From Bacteroidales bacterium (GTDB taxonomy: Bacteria > Bacteroidota > Bacteroidia > Bacteroidales > P3), in contig JBGUZF010000017.1 of assembly GCA_045222795.1 (NCBI GenBank), positions 4,079 to 68,078 on the forward strand: a DNA stretch of 64,000 nt. Direction: 5' to 3'. A model generated the notes under the pieces. It had not been told where the DNA came from, did not search any database, and saw nothing but the letters and a program-made list of their open reading frames with translations. How positions within the stretch are numbered: position 1 is the first letter of the stretch; each line of letters opens with the position of its first letter. The translations under genes and the position numbers were made by a program. This document shows positions 60,601-64,000 of the stretch, piece by piece.

Positions 60601-63600
60601 TGGTCCTTGGTACCGAAGCTGAACTCCACGTCGACGGCAATCTCCTTGAAGCCGCTGGTGTCGAAGGCTAGGTGCGTACCGTTGCTCAAATCGGAGAGCT
60701 TGGTGGGACGCTTGAAGGTCATAGTATAGCCGTCAGCCAAGGGAACATCCATATCCTGCGCCATAAACATGTAGACGGTGCCAATGGAGTCGGAGATGAA
60801 CTTGTCGGGTTCCACGCAGACGTTGGTGATGACGAACGGCAGGTAGAGGTTGTCATTGAACGACGAGTAGACAGCCAGCAGGTTCATCTGCGCCGTCACC
60901 GGCGAGAAGAAGAAGTCATTGACAGCCACCGAGAGGTTCTCTATCGAGTCGCCAAGCATTTCTGTTGACAGCTTGAACGGCGTGGTGGCAACACCAACGG
61001 CACCGCCACCCTCTATGATGGCGTGCGTGAGCTGGCTCACGGGGTTGGCGGCCTGGTTGATAATGTTGTACCATTTCTTCACATCGTCGCCCGTGCTGCC
61101 AAGTTCGCCGGCATACTGGTTGAGCATCTGCATGCCCTCGTCGGCATACATGTCGAAACCGGCGCCGTACTTGTTGTTGCCCATGTTGAGGTTGAGGTAG
61201 TTGTTCGAGTCGGTAGTTACCGAATGGGCCGTACCGGCGACAATCTGCTTGTTCTTGTTGATCTGAATGGTATCGAACTTCACCTTGATACCGCAGCCGT
61301 AGCCCGCTATGGGAGTCCACTCCACATAGCCCTCGCCGCTGTAGCGGTTCTTGTCGTCTTTCTTACCGCTCTGGACCACCAGGTTGAAGCGGCCCATCTT
61401 CAGTTTCACGCGGTTGTTGACAAGACTGTCGACCTTCGGGGTGATAAGATCCTTGCGGTTGAGGCCTGCAGTGTCGGAGGGGAAGCAGGCGTTGGTCACG
61501 TCGATGGCCGTGCTGTAGTCGTTGGTGTCTTTCTTGATTGTGAACGCTATGGGGTGCGACCAACCGTGGTTGCACATATAATAGCTCGAGGTGTCGGGGA
61601 TAACGACCTTGACACGGGCCACATATATCTGGCCTTGCTTCAGCGAATCGAGGATGTCCTTCTTCAGCATCAGGCCGTCGATGGAGTCCTTGTGGTATTT
61701 GGCATCGCCTTTGACAATGGCCTTTATGTCCTTGCCCTTGGCGGCTTCGTATATATATACATTATATAATGCGGTGTCCTCATCAACGATGTCGAGGTTG
61801 GAGGCTTTCTTCCAGCTGAGGTTGAAGTTGTCGGTATACCACAGGTTATCCACCGTGGGTTCGAAATGCATGAACGAGGTGTCGTCCCAGCTGGCTGTGC
61901 TGCGGTTGATGGGGCCGGTGAACTGCGGGGGCAGCACGCGGTCGAGCAGCGCACTGTCAATGCCCCACTGGAAATTCATCGTCGAGGTGTATCTCACCGT
62001 CTCGTCGTTGGTGGTCGTCACGGTGTCGTACTCCGTGTCGGCCTCGATGCCATTCACCATGTGGACGGTCTTGTTAATCTTGTAGTTGAAGTAGCGGTAG
62101 TCGGCATCGGCGACCACACTTACCACGAACTTCTTGCCCTGCTGCATGTATTGGAGCCACGTAGTGTCGCCAAGCGACATCGGGTCAATACTGGTCAGGT
62201 AATTGCCATCGCCTTCAGCATTGATATCAAAATTCTTGGAGGCCAGCGGCGTGCGGGTGCTGAGGTCGACCAACTCGCCAAGGTCCTCGTAGAGTTTCAC
62301 AGTGTAGCGCACTCGTTTCAGGTTGTTGCCACGCACCGGCATCCACTTGATGTCGAAGGGGCTCATCTTGGGACTGACGATATGACCGTCGTAGCTGCCT
62401 TTATACTTCACCTGCACCGACTTGTCCTCGGCAAGCACCTGGGTGGCCTCGTCCGAGAACTTGGCATGGACGGTATTGTAGGTGGTAGCGTCGCGATAGG
62501 GGTATACGAAATACGACTGGCGCAGGCTGGCAAGGATGTCGTCCTTGCCCGAAGACTCGGTGCTGCTCTCCTCGGCCGTGTTGCCCTGCTGGTTGTTGTT
62601 GCCGTTGTTGTTGCCCACATTGTAGGCGGCCTTGCCCCAGGTGAATGTTATTATCTGGCTCTTGCCGCTGTTGGCAATCTCCAGAGTGGGATTGGCACTC
62701 CTCTCCTGGGCTTGCACCTGCACGGCATAGGTGGCGCCGCGCTCGAAGGGATACTGGAGGTCGCGCAGGGTGTCTATCTGGCAGAAGGTGGCAACGCCAC
62801 AGTTCTTCGAGAAGACTACCGGTGCATGATCAATGGCATAATCGGGACTGAGACTCGGTGCCACGCGGACTATCTTCAGCGTGTAGTTGATCTTCGACGT
62901 GTGGGCGCAGTTGGTGATAACCTCGGTCCAGCGGATATTGATTTGTCGGGCGGGCTGCACGGTATTGGGGTCGCGGGCCTCCACGAAGCCGTCCTTGCCC
63001 TTCTTGGGCACACGCACCGGCTTGGGGCCTACGGCGTTGCTGTTGACAGCCATGACGGGCGTAATCAGCTCGGGAGCCGAAGCAGTGTAGCACACCGTGA
63101 AGTCGGCACACTGGCGCGACATGGGCTCCCCGTCGTCAAGCACCTGCTCGTACCACGGGTAGGCCTCGAAGCAGAGCGAGTAACTGCCCTCAGGGATGCG
63201 CGTCAGCTGCAGGAACGAAGTCGTCAGATTGGTCGTCAGACGTCCGGCGAAATGGTCGGAGATGTCCATAAAGGACAGCGTCATGCCCGACGGCGGCACC
63301 ACGATGTAGGGGCGCGTATTGCCCTTCTCCTGTGTTGTCAACGACATCGGCTCGCCGTTGGTGACATAGTCCGAGGTCAGGCTCATCTTCATGTACACCC
63401 TGACATCGTGGCCAGTGGTGTTCTGGAGCATTATCCTGACCGTTTGTTCGGGATGATCCATCAGCTCGACGAGCGACGACGGCAAAGTCGGCCGCATCTT
63501 CGTCACCGTGACGATTACATCCTGTGCGCTGACTTTAATTGTCGTCAGCATCAAGGCCGCTACCAAGACAGCCTTGACGAACCGGGTACCGCAAGCCTTG

Positions 63601-63632
63601 AGGCCTCTGCGGCGTAATGACTCAGTATCCAT
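54633..63632 (-). CDS. Giant (2999 aa) secreted protein of unknown function, module 2
   Basis: Single uninterrupted ORF whose signal peptide ends VSAQD. It is homologous to the 3067-aa protein end to end. Confidence 0.9.
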   Translation of the reverse strand: MDTESLRRRGLKACGTRFVKAVLVAALMLTTIKVSAQDVIVTVTKMRPTLPSSLVELMDHPEQTVRIMLQNTTGHDVRVYMKMSLTSDYVTNGEPMSLTTQEKGNTRPYIVVPPSGMTLSFMDISDHFAGRLTTNLTTSFLQLTRIPEGSYSLCFEAYPWYEQVLDDGEPMSRQCADFTVCYTASAPELITPVMAVNSNAVGPKPVRVPKKGKDGFVEARDPNTVQPARQINIRWTEVITNCAHTSKINYTLKIVRVAPSLSPDYAIDHAPVVFSKNCGVATFCQIDTLRDLQYPFERGATYAVQVQAQERSANPTLEIANSGKSQIITFTWGKAAYNVGNNNGNNNQQGNTAEESSTESSGKDDILASLRQSYFVYPYRDATTYNTVHAKFSDEATQVLAEDKSVQVKYKGSYDGHIVSPKMSPFDIKWMPVRGNNLKRVRYTVKLYEDLGELVDLSTRTPLASKNFDINAEGDGNYLTSIDPMSLGDTTWLQYMQQGKKFVVSVVADADYRYFNYKINKTVHMVNGIEADTEYDTVTTTNDETVRYTSTMNFQWGIDSALLDRVLPPQFTGPINRSTASWDDTSFMHFEPTVDNLWYTDNFNLSWKKASNLDIVDEDTALYNVYIYEAAKGKDIKAIVKGDAKYHKDSIDGLMLKKDILDSLKQGQIYVARVKVVIPDTSSYYMCNHGWSHPIAFTIKKDTNDYSTAIDVTNACFPSDTAGLNRKDLITPKVDSLVNNRVKLKMGRFNLVVQSGKKDDKNRYSGEGYVEWTPIAGYGCGIKVKFDTIQINKNKQIVAGTAHSVTTDSNNYLNLNMGNNKYGAGFDMYADEGMQMLNQYAGELGSTGDDVKKWYNIINQAANPVSQLTHAIIEGGGAVGVATTPFKLSTEMLGDSIENLSVAVNDFFFSPVTAQMNLLAVYSSFNDNLYLPFVITNVCVEPDKFISDSIGTVYMFMAQDMDVPLADGYTMTFKRPTKLSDLSNGTHLAFDTSGFKEIAVDVEFSFGTKDQPGNKVMAVDIKQNGIVKPDKPVKAYFYTKFKTWSNWVVKIGMDPFTVVGCEDFAFVPTGSGMWYDHSLKETPKAIKLPKNYMTLPKKNEQWRGFYLDKFAVMMPADVSNTFIDLAGDSAVKQDTKFVTYSYGVNGQIKDSTEVIPDGSRINFSASQLIIDSCGLSVDVSANNLLRLETKNGGGWAFSLDTVGIRFLKSSFKEGYIIGKLKIPLFTGNMKYDCSLGTDSIDFAITPGDSLQLDLFLANVNLDKKSTHFRIVHDFGGNTYKSEYEGNTEYTYKNQDATTRVDLTLNGQVTINFKKIGVPVDLPKIKFENMYMRNYTAKTVDMGKKGKVQSYKFGNMDFNIGNWSKASPQKYIGVDYTDSEVMPDGENENNANANPGQSMGEGKISGFKYNLTTLSPTFESVGGSKYKAGLVFGGSMSLGIGKDQSIGASAGFGISCEVNTSSWDIGNWDGTFDSARVKTDIGPVSVDGFIGHSRNDAVFGNCWKGMLKVTVMDVIETKMGAGFGTNKRKNDKGDTVDFDWWYFEGAATISGAGLPFGPLAINGFGGAFAYNMEPKNNLANMTSKDLMAGNSLCDNMVSNDGSNYTPKYDAWIARAGVSIILTGAESTLSANGILGLRIANGHFAGISMQVDAKMLASYDKDNKEASNAALTVGAFIDYSKGDVAGDWKLNFAARVSAEVNLASLIKGSAIGENIAKAYTYPTSSTEAAKDGKSGGMSSSWLDKKVQDSKDYANESDKLSKLKNGEVGGSAKLQIPIDFYVKHYPDGQVGPESGKQTEWFFAVGRPNHDDRVIFSSSMDLVICSASTEWTLYVMTGNYFPGGFQMPELPQDVQDALGSKYATYQSKRKLPTLPAAGGFAFGGSFHSELNFDMFLYVKASATLGFDLALLATNGAGCPGYSEIGKNGFYAMGQAYAMMKGEVGLSLNLGFWKGHLSLASASVAALLQAGGPKPTWAYGLLAFKASCLGGLIKINTSVDFSLGHVCVPGNSDPLANVKLFQNVTPAFNTWSDSRKSENVQTPYTTGTIVSNLPWNEDIYLCADQKYGNGTTTRRFKFILVSSQCTASYGKRMATGLLGPLNKTMALKFTANNMETNMQYFEWTKGGLPEYSDIKIKLKGRAFEYRPTYTNTNKKKDEINLSDAQRNTDYYYSLSTNYCSKTSYKDPSNYHWRDPVFTDRDVTEHRSWTQDTTFYIRTNRLSPNLDDAVVFTWPYNGDPMFPVDEFVSIGGRKRALIYLYQDRDFLKPNNDDNREIKAFLVLRGIGANNDALACDYIYHQNGYLGSTAPCIEVVFPSSFNGNKYQDYDMAVRIMLIKKDAYNATLRQLQEQANQTTSSMQQKQEVTKRNAANKDRLAAIQRQNSTSKVYTDKYGRKRKYTTVNEAALNNNVEYQQLLKSVEEQDFYGQKVSDTNIAFARKMLKNDYAICLQTGSPIYSLYFRLYSGSTTYSEILGKHMFNRLFGGTKIENQTTSISAKVEFSKTDSYDKDIAKYAYLFAPYTPTDKKAYHTGITLPPIIYAVLDWNRTKFKYQEFALYNTYATRLIDMDNAVKNTWSPTMRPSHLSNQFKLSSYPKGWTDEDMGSSTEQSNMYSQVFTKGFVPVSGESNFTNIGSRMNTISTVNGVYTTIDATYRSSFPRLNSGKVLAPNIIKLTVAQPKWRYDSTSIGQPSSKNIGGNTFSRPEYSYCTYVTNIDEAVPAIYTDIKRYHDFYQDLFDYALYVHSRGWSYKRDQYKHLIKYTYRNNLFTTNNFPYSITRSTLFTWWMWHWRGIYWAGQLKRRNTKYDNMKYLAIPYSSLTDDGGVKATYWMTYILHWDQVPYMVADDKGTLYKELFTNEYSDSKKFSRWRTSLWFNGETTGGGTFTASNMALVDVSSLGYGGGFNTVNYSIRYIPLNYYYVHGGYSSIDHYIFGKMADAVRRHNTDGKYDVMANTYKQTDDTYYYSVSTKAVQRLKDNSGITFRAINTKNEESSARNRQVDQWE

Positions 63633-63640
63633 AGTATTGT

Positions 63641-63712
63641 GTGTATTACGTTTTACGTTTGATGTTTGAAGTTGGACGTTTCACTTTTTCACATTTCACT
63701 TTTCACATTTGT
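63641..63712. repeat. 7-nt periodic T-rich tract of about 10 units (tacgttt/tacgttt/gatgttt/gaagttg/gacgttt/cactttt/tcacatt...) in the spacer upstream of giant module 2
   Basis: Read directly from the sequence. Confidence 0.7.
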
Positions 63713-63713
63713 T

Positions 63714-64000
63714 TTATCCCTCCAATGTTGCTTTGTTCTCCTCGTCGTCAGCCTTCTTCTTCTTGCTCTTGATAATGCGTTTGGCGAAGGAATAGCTGTA
63801 GGAGAAGTTTATACGCAGGTCGAAATCGGTGCTGATGTGCTGGCCGATGACGATGTTGTCGCTATAGTTGCTGCTCGACAGGTAGAGCGAGGCATTGTGC
63901 AGTTGCTTGTACGAGAAGGTGGCACCCAGACGGTTGCTGAACGAGATGCTGTTGGTCTTGGCGGTATTCTCGGGATCGCTGGGGTCGTAGGTCACCGAGT
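63714..64000 (-). CDS. Probable outer-membrane beta-barrel protein, N-terminus outside the window
   Basis: Alternating amphipathic strands are visible (ISFSNRLGATFSY, ASLYLSSSNY, DFDLRINFSYSYSF), followed by a Lys-rich tail. The frame stays open to the window edge. Confidence 0.5.
   Translation of the reverse strand, partial: SVTYDPSDPENTAKTNSISFSNRLGATFSYKQLHNASLYLSSSNYSDNIVIGQHISTDFDLRINFSYSYSFAKRIIKSKKKKADDEENKATLEG

Noticed and set aside
34031-63632. The idea that the giant-gene block is a tRNA-Leu-integrated genomic island or mobile element
   Set aside because: I saw no integrase, transposase, conjugation or phage genes, and no direct repeat of the tRNA 3' end. The essential gene prfA sits inside the block. 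Horizontal origin of individual segments remains possible but is not supported here.
42908-63632. T9SS cargo status for the giants and their partners
   Set aside because: Their C-termini (…NRQQHQWETD, …RNRQVDQWE, …SNQVSVKTK) do not resemble the clear T9SS C-terminal domains on the C10 proteases in the same window (…YPNPA…NG.YF.K.G…). This judgement is by eye only; an HMM search could overturn it.

Overview
This looks like a chromosomal segment of a Bacteroidota genome, Bacteroidales and probably Prevotella-like. The lineage call rests on TAnnTTTG-type promoters, T9SS C-terminal domains, peptidase C10 paralogs and BatA/DUF4159 genes. GC is roughly mid-50s percent by eye, and almost every gene is on the minus strand.

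Contents from left to right:
- An edge-truncated surface protein built from repeated Fn3 plus adhesin-like modules.
- An MFS sugar transporter.
- Four peptidase C10 (streptopain/interpain-like) paralogs in two pairs. The pairs flank an incomplete F-type ATP synthase cluster (atpE-F-H-A-G, with no atpB, atpD or atpC nearby) and nadB.
- A histidine kinase and a LuxR-type response regulator that head one protease pair.
- tRNA-Cys, mnmA, rsmE and a DUF4159 gene.
- An overlapping EEP-nth-BatA-like-ABC operon.
- aroE and two tRNA-Leu genes.
- A 1519-aa orphan secreted protein, then prfA.
- A ~23 kb block holding two diverged tandem copies of a two-gene module. Each module is a giant secreted protein of ~3000 aa plus a multi-Fn3 partner of ~750 aa. 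An outer-membrane beta-barrel-like gene lies upstream. I cannot assign this block to any characterised system, and it is the main candidate for something new.

A second, window-wide signal is a family of short-period arrays (mostly 7 nt, also 8, 9 and 11 nt), typically 4-6 units long. In intergenic spacers they occur as inverted pairs that form imperfect hairpins. They also occur in frame inside conserved housekeeping genes (aroE three times, rsmE twice, atpG), and mnmA carries a separate in-frame structured repeat insert. In several genes they encode the signal-peptide core or the C-terminal tail.

I saw no integrase, transposase, CRISPR array or rRNA. The supplied ORF track counts GTG and TTG as starts and omits edge-truncated ORFs, so several starts were adjusted by hand.
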